Of a stretch of DNA of 64,000 bases, positions 1 to 12,915 are shown one piece after another. Numbering within the stretch: position 1 is the stretch's first letter; the number at the start of each line of letters is the position of its first letter. This DNA is from Setoptus koraiensis. Lineage: Eukaryota; Animalia; Arthropoda. The notes below the pieces were generated by a model, which made no database searches, was not told where the DNA came from, and saw only the letters and a list, made by a program, of their open reading frames with translations. The stretch lies in the NCBI GenBank assembly GCA_048013815.1, contig CM106586.1:8556001-8620000 (forward strand). Reading direction: 5' to 3'. A program made the translations under genes and the position numbers.

Positions 1-566
1 GAACAATTTGCATCTGTCGAGAAATTCTTTCGACCACGATGTGGATGGCAGATTTGTTGTATAATAAAGAAGCGCCGAAAGGTCGTTTCCATTTCAATCA
101 GTCAACGAGATAACACACTCAATGAAGTGAGCGACAAAAACAAGTTCCGATTTCTCAAATTGCGGAGCGCATGTGTATTTTCTGGAAATTTTCAGACTAT
201 TCTATTGACAATTATAACTTATAATATCGTCTCTATAGTCTATAATTCTATAGTTTCGTATCATCTGAATTCTAGATTGCTTGAGCTACATTTGGTGCTT
301 TATGCTGCCGCTTTTGTGCATGAATGACTCCATCTTTGCTCCCCGAAGTTTGATCGGATGACGATGTAAACCTTATTTATGCCTTTCCAAGTTGAAAATT
401 CCAACAAACTGTAGCCCAAATCGGGTGAGCAAGAAAAGGTACCCCAGCAGCTCAACTGAGGTCCAATTTGCTCACTTGCAACCTGTAATTTATCACCGCT
501 TCTGGCGTCACTCCTGACTGTGACCCAACTTGTCGACATATTACGAACACGTAACCTGACTGATCA

Positions 567-2084
567 TCATCTTCTGAGTATTCTGGCTGTTGGAGTGGGC
601 AATCTTTTGTTGTTCTCGTGGTGCACAATCACTGTTTTTATCCAGGGCAGGTAAGCCGTTGATCTGATGTAGATGCCGGGCAAATTTGGTTCGGCGCATT
701 TTATTCCGTGCGACACTATACCAACCAGCACCCATTTTCCTTCGGATCGTTGCACTTGAAGGGGACCGCCCGAGTCGCCCTCGCAAGAGTCTTGGCCCCC
801 GTTTGCGTAGCCCGCACAAAGGAACGAGTCTGAGATTATTTTGAGATGGCCCGAATCGTGATACATGTCTTGGCATTGTTTGTTGCCAATGACGGGCAGC
901 CGAGCCACTTGCAGCACACTGGGCACCGGACCGCCGAAGCTCAGTTTGCCCCAGCCGGCCACCTGAGCCAATTGGCCGACAAACTCCTCGTCTGTCGCAC
1001 AACGATGCAATGATTGGACAAATGGATAGCAGGAAATAATGAGCAACAATAAAAATAGAGATAATTAATTGGTTAATCAACACACGGAATACGTCGGAAT
1101 ACGTCGGAATACGTAAATTGACTAGCGGTCGAAATTCTCAAAAAGTTTCAAAATTTTCAAAGTTGACCAACCTTTTTCGGGCAAACAAATGGGCACCACG
1201 TGGGGCTGCAAGATGAAGGGCGATTCCAGCTCTAGCAAGGCTATGTCGTTGTCGAAATTGTTCGGATTGTAATCGCGGTGCACAATCATCCGTTTGACCT
1301 TCTTGATCACGGGCCTCAGTCTGTTTGTTCGGCCGGCCAGGTCATATTCGCCGACCACCACCACCAGCGATCCAAACAATCCTGGCTGACAGTGGGCAGC
1401 TGATGTGGCCGAAATCGCAATTATTGAAAGATCAACAAAGGTGAATTAATTGATTGCTAATTACGATCAAGATCTAATTACGATTATGATGATCTAACTC
1501 TCCAGCGGAGAGTCGCTACCAACCTGTTAGCACCCATTTCAAGTCTATGAGAACGCCGCCGCATTTTGTCTTGGCGAATATGCCCAGCAGAGTTGTCTCT
1601 CTGATGAGCACGCTCCAGGGGAATTCGCCCAGTTGCGAGTCGCGACCCCCGACCACCCGGCCCTCCTTCTTCATGGGCCTCACTCCGCAGTCTTCGCGTC
1701 AAGATTGGATGGCATGTAGATTCGTGCATGGATCGACGCAGAAAAAAATCATTCATTAGAAGATTTGTGAGGATATCATTGGTGTCATAATTGGTGTTTC
1801 GTGCGATCGCTGCGGCTTACCTCGTTTCGCGTCATAGGGGCGCCTGGTCGTGTGATGCACTGCGGCCAACTGATCCAGCTTAGACAGATCGTTGGCATAG
1901 GAATCCTTCGATGCGTAATTATTTGGCGACAGGTAGGAATTTGGCTGTTTTGTCGTGGTTGTCGTGTGTCGCCGGAAATAGGAGCTGGTGCCCTTCTCTC
2001 GGGCCGGTTTGGTGACTTTTCTTGTCGTGTATCTACTCGTTGCTTGCGTCACCGGGTTTGGCCTCTGCGATGGACGCAACGGAT
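567..2084 (-). CDS. flz: Filzig-like (Stubble-family) trypsin-type serine protease; 5' end unresolved
   Basis: In-frame GT-AG exon chain: 1820-2084 (upstream boundary tentative), 1524-1691, 1173-1399, 567-991. Joined protein reads DCGVRPMKKEGR|VVGG...VLIRETTLLGIFAKTKCGGVLIDLKWVLTAAHCQPGLFGSLVVVVGEYD...NDIALL...GQDSCEGDSGGP...VSHGIKCAEPNLPGIY. The catalytic triad is intact. The RExTxLGxFxKxKCGG, AAHCQPG and SHGIKCA motifs match Drosophila filzig as I recall it. Confidence 0.85.
1086..1114. repeat. 10-bp tandem repeat GGAATACGTC x3 (intronic)
   Basis: Read directly; lies in intron 992-1172 of the protease. Confidence 0.9.
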
Positions 2085-3565
2085 CTGCAACGTGCTGACT
2101 CAAAATGACTAGCTTCTCGTTGGGGGACACAGTGGTGATGGCGTGGACGCTTTTCATTTGGACAGTTGTTTGTTGAAGCGTCGATTGGTCGTCGTCGGCA
2201 ACCACACGTTGGCTGGCCGAATTTGCGTAATCGCCGGCCGTTTGCGATCTGGTTGGATCGATCCTGTTGAACGATATATCATCTTTGGAAAATAACAATC
2301 TGGATTTGGTTTGTTTGAGTGTGTGTGAGGGAGCAAACAGCGAGAGCAGGAGGAGAAAGAAAATTTTCGGAAATGCAATTAGTTAAATTAGAATGTCAAC
2401 ATGGTGCCTATAATACAAATACCAACCGTTGCTGGCAAACCTATAGCAGTCGTAATATCGTCAATTCCATTTTATCATCTACTGAACCCTCTGAAGCCGT
2501 ATCTATCCGTTATTCGGGTCGCTCTGACGTAATAGAGGCGCATTTTCCCGCCAATTTGTGCCAACTCGTTTGTTATCAGTTTCGTGATGTCTGCCCGTGT
2601 AGCGTACTAATGTGCAACAAAATACAACAAATTTTTTATTTATCAGTCACACGTCTGACGACATTTCTTTCAGATTGTGAGTGTTAATAGTGGTGGGTTT
2701 GAATGGGCGAAGCGATGATATTCATATATTATTGTTGAGTGTTTAAGTCGAGCTCAAAAAGAGCCCAATGAGTAGCTGAGTAATAGTGGGGCGACTTCAG
2801 ACGGCAGCACAGAGCATGCAATGAGTTTAGATGGGGCCAAATGAGCTGGGATGAAAGAGGCCAGAATCAGAGTTAGGTTGTCAGCGTAGTTTGCGAATGG
2901 GATCTCTTTTACGGGAGTTTCGCTGTGATTTTATCGTCATTGCATTGAAATCAGTGAGTTATTTTCGTTATCAGCATAATCGCCTGCGGCAGAGATATGT
3001 ATCGATGTATTGTTGTTCACGTATGGTTTTCGTGTGTGTCAATGCAATTTAATTTTAATTCGAAGCTTTTCAGCTTGCCTCTATTGTGTGCGATTATAAA
3101 TTATAAATGATTTTATTTACAGTTTTAAATTATCAAAATAGGTGCATATGTACATGTGACAACCAACTGTGAATTGATTGTTAGCAAGTGAAATAATTTT
3201 TGCTCATATTTGTTTAATCATTTGGGCCGGATGTGTTTGTGTTGCAAACACATCCAACGGTGCTTGAATAAGTTATTGTAAATGGTAAAAGAGATGTGTA
3301 TCATCTTATCATATTGTACATTATTTGTAGTTGCTGTTGTGGTGGTTATTTAGATCAAGAATCAATGTACTTATCTCGACATGTTGACATTGTGCCTGTT
3401 CCCATTGATCGTCGTGGGTGTAGGGAGAGGATCCAGGATTTCGGGGACAATTGAATATGTCATGATACCGTGATTGTCTTGGTGATGTGTGTATCTGTGA
3501 CATAACATATCGGTAACAAACCAACAAAAACGTCAGTTGGCTAGCATAAGCAAACTAGTAATGAC

Positions 3566-6500
3566 TCAATAGGCGACAATTTGATTTATCCAGTCGCTGA
3601 AAGCTGTTATACGCGTATAAACTCCTGGTTGACTAGGCAGGGCGCAACCTGTGCGACGGTGATTGATTTGGGGATTTTAATTAATTAGTAAACGCCATAC
3701 GTTTTTTTTTTTGCAAGTTTCATTCACTGTTGTCGTTGCTAGTACGTACCTATACCCCAGCTTATGATTCCCACCAGATAGGATCGTCCGTCGTGATCTA
3801 CCATTGTGAGAGGTCCTCCCGAATCGCCCTGTCGTGGTGTGCGGAAAATGATTGTCATTTGTTGATTATTTGCAGCCGATGAGTGGCGATCTATTTCTAG
3901 AATTTCTAGATTTCGCTGAATTTCAGAGCAGTGGATTCTGGACTTTCGATGCCTACCTCACACGAGTCCTTGCCTCCCTTGCTGATACCGGCGCATATGA
4001 ACATATCGGGGATCTGTTCGATATATCCGGCGTGCTTGTACATCCTTTCGCACTCCTTGTTGGTTATGATTGGCACGTCCACGTGCTGGATCACATCCGG
4101 CAAGGGTCCGTCTGCAAGATCGCGACCAAACACACGCGATTTGGTTAATTAATTATTAATTAGTTATTGTCAGGATTGTTCAGGCAGGCAGTCGATTGAT
4201 TGTTTGTCGTGAGTTATGACGCATTATCGCATTATTATCTTACCTTCATATAGACGGCCCCAGCCGATGACGGTGGCCAGGCGATCTACGTAGGAATCGT
4301 TGCCGGACGGCACACACACGGGCACTATGTTTCGGTGATATTTGACTGGTTCGGAGAATCGCAACAGGGCAAGATCGTACTCGAATGTTTTCGGGTCAAA
4401 CGATGGGTGCGACACAATGTGTTTGACTCTCTTCTCCACGTAGGGATACGGTTCCATTTGATTGCTGACATCAAATTCTCCCAACCTTTCGAGACAAATT
4501 ACAATTGAATGTTGCATAGTTAGAGATAGAGTTAAATTAAATTCGCACAGTGATGACATCAGATTATCTAGTCAATTGTGTTTGTTGTTGTCTAACACTC
4601 ACCTAAGAAGCAGATCGGCCGCTTTCACTCTGCTCGCCGAGACAAACAGAGTCGGTTGTTGATGACGATGGTATGATTGAATGGCAAAAGTGAACAGTTT
4701 AGTTTTGTTGATTGATGAGACACGAACACAAACACGCCAAGATTATGACCATCGGCCACAAAGATGAGCTACCATTGATTAATCCAATTAACCAACTAAT
4801 TAATTTATTGATCAACTAATTAATTAGTCGATTGATTGGTGAGTGTGCAAACGAAACGACACGCAAAACTGTGCTGACTAACGCCAACTCGAGGCTCACA
4901 AGCTGCAAGTGGCGACTGCTAGTGGTAGGGAATTGGGCAAATTATGCGACAGAGCGATGAAGCAAACAGGCGATGAAGCGGAAAGGAAGCGAGCAGACAG
5001 ACAGACAGACAGAGAGGCCCGATAGAGAACCGGAAGTTGATCGAGGCGTCGGATGTTTGCTGGTTTTTGTGGTTGGTGGTTGGTGGTTGTACTCACTTTT
5101 CAACGCAATGGGCCGCCGTTATGGCCCAGTGTTCGTTCAGCAGGGCGGCGCCACATTTGTGCAGGAAGGCGCCCTTTCGCCATTGTCTCAGCGACACCAT
5201 CCAGGGCCACTGGCCAAAATTGGATTTGCGCCCGCCAACTATGCGCGCCATGGGCACTTGGGGCCGGCCACAAATCAGCTTGGCCTTGCCCATGATGTCT
5301 AGCATGTCGACGGGATCCTGAGTGGTCACCGAGAACTGCAAATTTGGCATGGGCGACACCGAATAGTTGCTCGGTTGTTGGTTTTGGGCCTGGAAAATCA
5401 ATGCCGGTTGACTCGCCGGCGACGGCTCGTCGGGCCGGGCCGTTGTGCTGGTCGTGGTGCTGGTGGCGCTTGTGGTGGCGGGCGCACCATGGCTGGGGGC
5501 GCTGCTGTTGGCTGCGGTGGGCGCAAATTGTCCGGGAAATTTGATATTGCTGCCAGACGAGCTGCTGGACGGGGGCGTTTGGGGCGCGGCCGGATGGCGG
5601 CCGCTGGTCAGCGAGCTGGACACGTTGCTCGACGAGCCGTGCGAATGTGTCTGGTTGTCGGCCACAAGATGCTGCAAAAACTGTAGCGCGGGCGCCGTGT
5701 TGCTCGCTATGACCGGCCGGCCACTTCCGCCCGCGGGCTTGATGGCCGAGCTGAGATAATTGGAGAGACCCGTCGAGAAGCTGGATATTTTGAAGGGAAT
5801 GTGCGACAGTAGCGTCGACGGCAGACCCCCGAAACCGGGTATCAGATTGTTATGCGACGAGTGGATGGAATTGGACGACGGTACGATCTTGGTTGCCGGA
5901 TGCAGCGGCTGATAAATGTTGTACAGCGGTCGTTGGTTGGTGGTTGTGTCGTGCGACGACGAGATTTGGTTGTGGTTGTGGTCGCCGTTGGCCGGCGCAC
6001 TGGCGGCCAGGGCCGGTACTAACATGGGAGAGGAGGCGGTCACATTTTTGCCGGGCGCCGCGGTTTGTCTGTGCGCCGGGTTGTCGGCGATGGGGGTCGT
6101 CGTTGACGACGACGGCGTCTGAGATTGGGAGAATTGCGCCGCTTGGGAGGGCTGCGTCGCTTGGGAGAGTGGCGCCGATTGGAAGGATTCGGCGGCCAAT
6201 TGGGGCGATTGGGACGCGGGGGAGGAGGGCGGCGCAGACGATTGGGAGGACAGCAGGGGCGACGGGGTGGTGGTGGTGGTGGAGGCGGTCATTGTCGAGG
6301 GCAACGACGACGTGGTGAGCGAGGCCGTGAACGAGGACGAGCCGGCCGCGTTGGCGGGCATCAGCGACGACAGCAAGCCCGACGAAATGAGCGAGTATAT
6401 GGGCGACGACGGGTCCGACGGACTGTACTGGGCCTGGGTGGCAGTGGTGGCTGTGGACGGGTGAAAGAGGAGCTGCGACGGCGATGCCGCGCCGCCGGAC

Positions 6501-9346
6501 GCAACAGCATCCACGGGCTGCTGCTGCTGCTGCTTGTTCATGTCCGACTGACCGGAAGTGGGCAGCTTCGCTGGCTGTTGCAACAGGTTGTAGTTCTTGT
6601 TGTTTGTGTCTTTGACGAGCGCCAGTCTGTCTTGGTCGGCTACCGGATACTGGCCGAGTTGCGATGACGCAACTAAATTGTGATAATCACTCGGTGTCGA
6701 CTGGATTGCGTAACCGGGCTCACTGTTGGCTGGTTGTTTGCTGCTGCTTCCGGTGCTCGCTTTGGCGGCCTCTGACTCGTTGGCCAGCTTGTGCGTGCTG
6801 TAACCTGTTGCTGCCGTTGATTGCGGGGGCCTCGCCGTTGATACTATCGGATTTTCGGGCAGCACCGCCAGCTCGTATTTGACCAAATTGTTGTTGTTGT
6901 TGTTGTTGCCTTGCAAATTTGAATTGAACTCTGTCTCTTGGGTTTCCTGCAGCACGCTGGCCTGAGTTGGCTCCGCATAGGGCCTGCTGATGGGCTGCTC
7001 TTTGTCTGGCTGATCCTTGTTGCTGTTGCTGCCGGCCGCGGGTCTGTACGGGCCTCTCGGGGGCAACTGCGGGGGCCTCCGGTCGGACTCGATCGGCGCA
7101 AACATGCTGCTGACGTTTCGGTTGTTCTGTATCAAGTTGTTGTTGTTGTGGCTCGAAGCCGGCTGCTCGCCTGTCGGCGGCGAGTTGTACTGCTCGGAGT
7201 AGCCGGTTGTCGCCATAGTCGACGACAAATGATGCTGCTGCGGTTCGTACGATTGCGGGATTGCGGATTCTGACGCCGAGTCTGGCGGCGAGATCGCGTG
7301 CGAGCCGCCCGACGCCGTTCCATTGAGCGCATAATCCAGCTGAGAGAATACGGGCGACGAGGGCGACAACGTCGACGGAGTTATTGTGGCCGTGGATTGT
7401 ATCTGAAATGAGTCGATCTCGTTGGCGACTATCACCGATATCGACTGCCGCTGGCCGGCCGATTCCGGCGTACCGGCTTGCGCAACATTGTGTCCGGCAA
7501 GCTCGTTGGAATTCGCCCCGATCGTCTTATCGGACAATTGCGCGAACTGTCCGCTGGTGTGATTGCTCCAGCTTGCGCTGGTCGTCGACGTTGCGGGGCT
7601 CTGTCTGAAAGCGGCCACTTCTTGTGTCGAAACAACGTCGTCGTCGTCACTGTCGCCAATCAAGCTAGAACTTGTGACCATGGCACCGCCGCCGCTGCTG
7701 CTGCTGCTAAACTGATAATTGTTGTTTTTATCCGTTTGGTCCGACGGTTTGGTGGTTTCGCTGCTGGCGCTCGTTGTTCCGTATGTCGAGGATATGTTCG
7801 AGGACCTCAAATGGTCCTCGGCAAAATACGTCGTCTGCTTGATGTCTTCGCCGTAGACCGCCGGTTGCATGGAAGCGGGCGGCCTGGGCGACTCGACGAA
7901 ATTCATGGTAGTTGTGTCGCTCGGTGCCAGTGGTTCGTTGCGACTCACGCTCGACAGCGGCACGGCCGCGGTTGTTTGCTGCTGCGGTCTGACGGAATGA
8001 CTGATCGCTTGCACGGACTCTAAATTGTTGCCATTGCCATTTGTGTTCGGTCTGCCGGCTTGCGGTTGGGGCCCGTCGTGATAGCTGTTGCTGCTGGTCG
8101 CCTCCAGGGTTGTTGTTGGCGCCACCGAATAGGAGAATCGGGCCAGATTGTCGCCGTTGTCCGACTGGCCGGACGAAACGGATAATTTTTGGGTTTGAGA
8201 ATTCAGAACGAGATTCGCGGGGCTCGCTGGCTTCATGGGGTACAAATCTGTATCACTTCGTTCAATTCCATTGATGGCCACCGAGGGGGCCAGCGATTCT
8301 CTGGGCACTGTTGTGCTGCCACTGTTGTCAGTAGAAGCGATAATTGAATATCGTTCACCGGAAGTTGATGTGGGTGTAGTTGTTGTGGTGGTGGTTGTTG
8401 GTGTCGCTGCTGCTGCTGCTGTTGCTGTTGTTGATGACAGTGGTGCTGATGCAGTGTACGGTGTGGTGGACATGGATAGTGTGGTCATCGGACCGTTAGG
8501 AGGCAGTGTTTCCTTGAGATCATAGACAATGCTGGCTATATTTTGTTGGTCAGGCAATCGGCAGCACGTTCCGACGAAGTAATTGTGCTTGCAAACGGAC
8601 AACGGAACTCCCTTGTTTTGCATACAATCTATTGAGAACATACAAATGCCCGTCTCTGAGCTATTGAGCGCATTCTTGCATTCGAGAGGCCTGATTATGG
8701 GCTGACCGTCGGCACGAACTGTTGGTGTGATTGGCACATTGGGAAAATATGCGATGGACGGCAGCGAGATGCGAGATATTCACCAATTGAGACTCATTAG
8801 TTATTATCGGGATACAGGCGTGCGAGAGAATGGGTTGCGCTGGCATTTCGGCTGGTTCGACTCGAAATGAATTCTGAAAACTATTTTTTTCCAAGTCTTC
8901 AAAGAAAAACAGACTTTTCGTCGAAACAAATCTGACCGTCTCAGCAAGTTATCTTTTTCTAATGGACAAGCCACTCAAACTTGGTTTTTTTTTGCCACAT
9001 TCGCAGATTTGTTGATGAGACGAAAAACAAAATTTCGGAAACTACTCGGAAATTGCTGAATTGAGCTCGGGTTTATCGAATGACTGCGGCCCACGAGACT
9101 GAGTCAAGTCGGGCGAAATCGGCGTTTCTATGAGAATGTAGGAATTCTTATCAGATAAGAATTCTCATAAGAATTCTTTTTCGAAATTCTCAGCCAATTC
9201 GGATTGAGGGTCAGTAGCGGCGAATGGTACTTACATAATCGACTTCCGAACGACAAATGAAAACTGTTGGCCAGCATCAGGTTGTTCAGTGTAACCAGAA
9301 CGATCACTAGTGGTGCTGACGCCTTGATGGATGACATATATAACAT
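3566..9346 (-). CDS. Np: Notopleural-like clip-domain serine protease, ~1439 aa, 7 exons
   Basis: Exons 9235-9346, 5097-8718, 4603-4629, 4244-4485, 3957-4111, 3750-3828, 3566-3648; all GT-AG, total 4320 nt, frame closes. Hydrophobic N-terminus, clip motif (ECKN...GICMFSIDC...LSVC...GTCC), ~1100-aa S/T/Q/P linker, then [10 protein letters not shown]|[71 protein letters not shown]. Start could also be the ATG at 9337. Confidence 0.9.
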
Positions 9347-10309
9347 GTTGATGGTTGTTGCTGGTTGCTCACTATTCACTGTTGATAAATTAATTGAAAA
9401 TTGAATTATAATTAGAATATAATTTTGAAATAAATATTTTCTTCTAGAATCACCATGAACTTGAATTTGCACTGACAAATATGGATGAACGAACGAACGA
9501 ACGAAAAAAAAACTGTGTAATATTTTCAATTCATAAATGACTAGCGATAGGACTTGCGGACAGTCTGTTTGTTATTCATGGACACCATCAAAAGTGAGGC
9601 GCTGGCGAGCTGGCCATATCACTACTTTTTGTCGATGGACAATAACAATGAAAAAAACAAATGTTGTTGTGCGTATTTATATGATAAATAAATGTATCGC
9701 TGGTGGCCGAATTGGGTTCGTTGCAACAATCGGCCGGCTCTAATCGACTTGTGATGTATTGTTTCAGGATCAAGGTCACCGTCGGTGTAGCGGCAACAAG
9801 ATGCCTTCGTTTGCTGTTGAGTGTTTGCGGCAAATGACGATGACAAGATGAAACTGCTCTGCTCAATTGCTCATGCCAATAGCTGTTGTTTTAAGTGATT
9901 GTTATTGTGTAAGTAATTATTATGTAAGTGGGCCACAACGACGATTGTATTGGTGATGCGGTGTTGTGATTAGCTGAGGCCAGCATGACATGTCATGTAG
10001 CGCCGGGCCGAATGTGAGTGTGTGTGTATATAAATAAATGGGAATAACGTTATGTAACTGTTGTTGCTGTTTTCTGGGTGCTGCAATGGCAATCAATCAT
10101 TTCTTAAGCTCATGACGATGATGTTGCATCGCTGTTGTTACGTCATGTTCGCGTTGGCGTGCTGCCTATGCCGGTGCTGTATGCGTTCAGTGGATACTAA
10201 CAATAATAATAATAACAACAATGCGGCCAAATCACGGCCAATCGAAGCCGACTGAATGAGAGCGAGGGCGATTACGGCGCTCTTATCTCGCTTATCTCTT
10301 AACTCGATT

Positions 10310-10401
10310 GTCGGTTTATTTTTCAGTTTGTCTGCTCGTCGGTTTATTTTTCAGTTTGTCTGCTCGTCGGTTTATTTTTCAGTTTGTCTGCCCGTCGGTT
10401 T
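10310..10401. repeat. 28-bp tandem repeat GTCGGTTTATTTTTCAGTTTGTCTGCTC x3.3
   Basis: Copies at 10310, 10338 and 10366 plus a partial at 10394; no spacers. Confidence 0.9.
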
Positions 10402-11100
10402 GCCGGTTTGTTTGCTTGTTTGTTTGTTTGCTTGCTTGCTTGTTCGCCGATGAGCTCGCCGGGCACAATCGAAACTGCTAGTGAATTTTCGCACGAAATG
10501 ACGCAATTTTGCGTCTAACGGTATGATCGGCTTTTCGGGTGGCGTCCGGCGCGATTTCGGAGCGATGCGCAGTGTGTTGCGGAAACTGGAATGACTTTGT
10601 GGGGATTGTTGCACCAATTAAATCATTAGCCGCAACAACGGAACATTGGACAAGCTGGAAAAATGTATTTTTGAGTAGGCTAAGCAGCGACCATTCGACG
10701 CTTGTGAGCACTGCCCCCCATTCAGCAAACCATTCACGGTGCAAGCTTCATGGTGCAAGCCTCATGATGCAAGCTTCATGTTTGCCGCTTGGTGATGGCC
10801 GGCCAGACAGGGAACAGGTAAAACGAGGAGATTATTACGTATCATGATTGGTGTGTGAGAGAGCGAGCGGCAACATTGTGTCAGTGAGACCCATCCTCGA
10901 TAAACGCAACAACGGTCGCCAGTGACCGTTGGCCAGACCGCTTATCGCGCATTGCGCATTGCAGCATGCTCAGCTGTTTGGCGGCAATGATAATGACGTA
11001 ATGACGATAATACACACAGACGCAATAGTAACAGTAACAGTAATGAAAAAGGGCAAGACTTGTCAGCTGAGAATCGGGCAGAGAATTCTCACAACTTCTT

Positions 11101-11210
11101 GTTGCGAAGAGTGGCGAAGAGCGACGAAGAGTGGCGAAGAGCGACGAAGAGTGGCGAAGAATTGCGAAGAATTGCAAAGAGTGGCGAAGAATTGCGAAGA
11201 ATCGCAAAGA
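11101..11210. repeat. 10-bp minisatellite (4 variable nt + C[G/A]AAGA) x11
   Basis: Units include gttgcgaaga, gtggcgaaga, gcgacgaaga, attgcgaaga and atcgcaaaga. Confidence 0.9.
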
Positions 11211-12915
11211 ATATTGCGGCGTATGATGCACATATGTGATACTGGCCGTGCCACTGTTAACTCTTAACGGTTCATGGGAAGTGGAGCCAAATATAGTCAA
11301 TATTTACACTGGCGCAACAACAACAGCAACAACGGCAACAAGATGCAACAGGCGTCACCGGCAAACTTCCTGCGATAACTGTGACTCAGAGATAATGTTG
11401 CAACTAGTTAGCTTGTGCAGTTGTTGCTGTTGTGTAACAGGTTGCGGTAGTTGGTTAGTAGTGTGTCTAGTTGTGCATTTCCGCGGCGGACACCATTTGA
11501 CACACACACACACTGGCATTGAGACTGGTCCAAAGTTCAAGTTCATCGCAGTATCACACACTTACTTTTGAGCCGTTTATCCCGGGCACTGTTATGTAAT
11601 GTTGCGCCACACTTGTCTCGCCGAAACAAGCTAAGCAAAGCAGCGGCAAAGTGTCTCACACTAATCACAAGCCGGCAAACCGGCGGCCAGACGCCAGAGA
11701 GCAAAACGGTGACGCCGATGATGAATAAAATAAATAATAAATGCACCCGTATAAACGGCGAACCGCCGCCAAGAGATTGTTGTTGTTGATGCGAGAAGGG
11801 CCTTAGGGTTACATGACATCGACACACAATGGCCAGCGGCCGGCGAACAGGTTGGTCAAGGGCAATTTGTTTTCTCGCAAGCTCGCTGGCTGTTACTATC
11901 GCCACTGTAGCGGTATCATCTCGCCGCATAACTCTTGTAACCTGCTCTGTGCCGGCAACCAGCTCGACAACATCACATATCGCATATCACATTGCGTAAC
12001 TTTGTTTGACATGTTGCGTAATGTTGTTGTGTTTGACATGCTGCAGCGTTTGATCGCGACGACCACGACGACACATTTAACGGCATTCCAGCGTCGCCTG
12101 GTCACCTCATTAAAAGAGTTGAGTCATGACACAATCAGTCGGCGACACATGCGAGCTCTCCACTCTGACTCCTCTCTAATCTAGATTTGACCACTCGCCC
12201 TGTTTGGAGGGCTCGTTCGCTGGGGCCAGCTCTCGGCGGGCGACTCCTACTGGCTCATTAACAACAACAAATCCGACTCTAGTCGCCAAAGTGCAGTCAC
12301 CACAGTGCAGTGTAGAAAACGATCAGGGCAACATTTTATTCATTCGGCCCTTTGATCAGTTTCAACTTTTTGCTTGCCGAAACAGCAAAATACGAATTGC
12401 CAAACTAACACTGAATTGCAAACTGACAAACTGGCGGCAATTTCGTCCGCACCGCTACATATTTTACAAGCTTAATGATGAAAATAATCATCATCATTTT
12501 TCTCTTTCTGCGAACGCAACAATTGATCGGCGATGTCATCAGTCATCCTCATGTGTCGGCACTTCTAGAAATGCAGTGAAAATAGCCACTGGTAACTGCA
12601 ACATCACAATATAATATAATATATGGTATAATATGTATCTTTGTGCTGCTGCTGCTGCTGACAGTGAAAAAGTAGATAATTGGGTCATCATTTCAGCAAA
12701 ACGTGATTGCGCAATGACTGATGCGAAAAATTATTTTTATCTTTTTATTTTTATAGCCAAAATTGTACATCTATACTCATTTCGGGTGCCAATGATTCGA
12801 TTTAAAATTTATTTGTTTGTGTGTATCTATAAAATCTATTTCTACTTATGAGGTCAGTGGCAATTATAGCACAACAAATTAGTTTTTAACTTGGTTCTGA
12901 TATCCCAATTAACAA

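Noticed and set aside
300-539. 79-aa ORF just after the flz-like stop
   Set aside because: No recognisable motif or splice context; probably 3' UTR.
541-1083. 180-aa minus-strand ORF
   Set aside because: Alternate frame overlapping the protease terminal exon.
3321-3527. Possible extra exon between the two proteases
   Set aside because: An acceptor-like site is present, but there is no valid GT donor (AG|ATAAGT) and no frame link to either gene.
5037-8525. Many plus-strand and alternate-frame ORFs (e.g. 6125-6667, 7478-8023)
   Set aside because: Shadows of the GC-rich, low-complexity Np exon; no independent motifs.
10310-10401. 28-bp repeats as a CRISPR array
   Set aside because: Copies abut with no spacers, there are no cas genes, and the context is eukaryotic.
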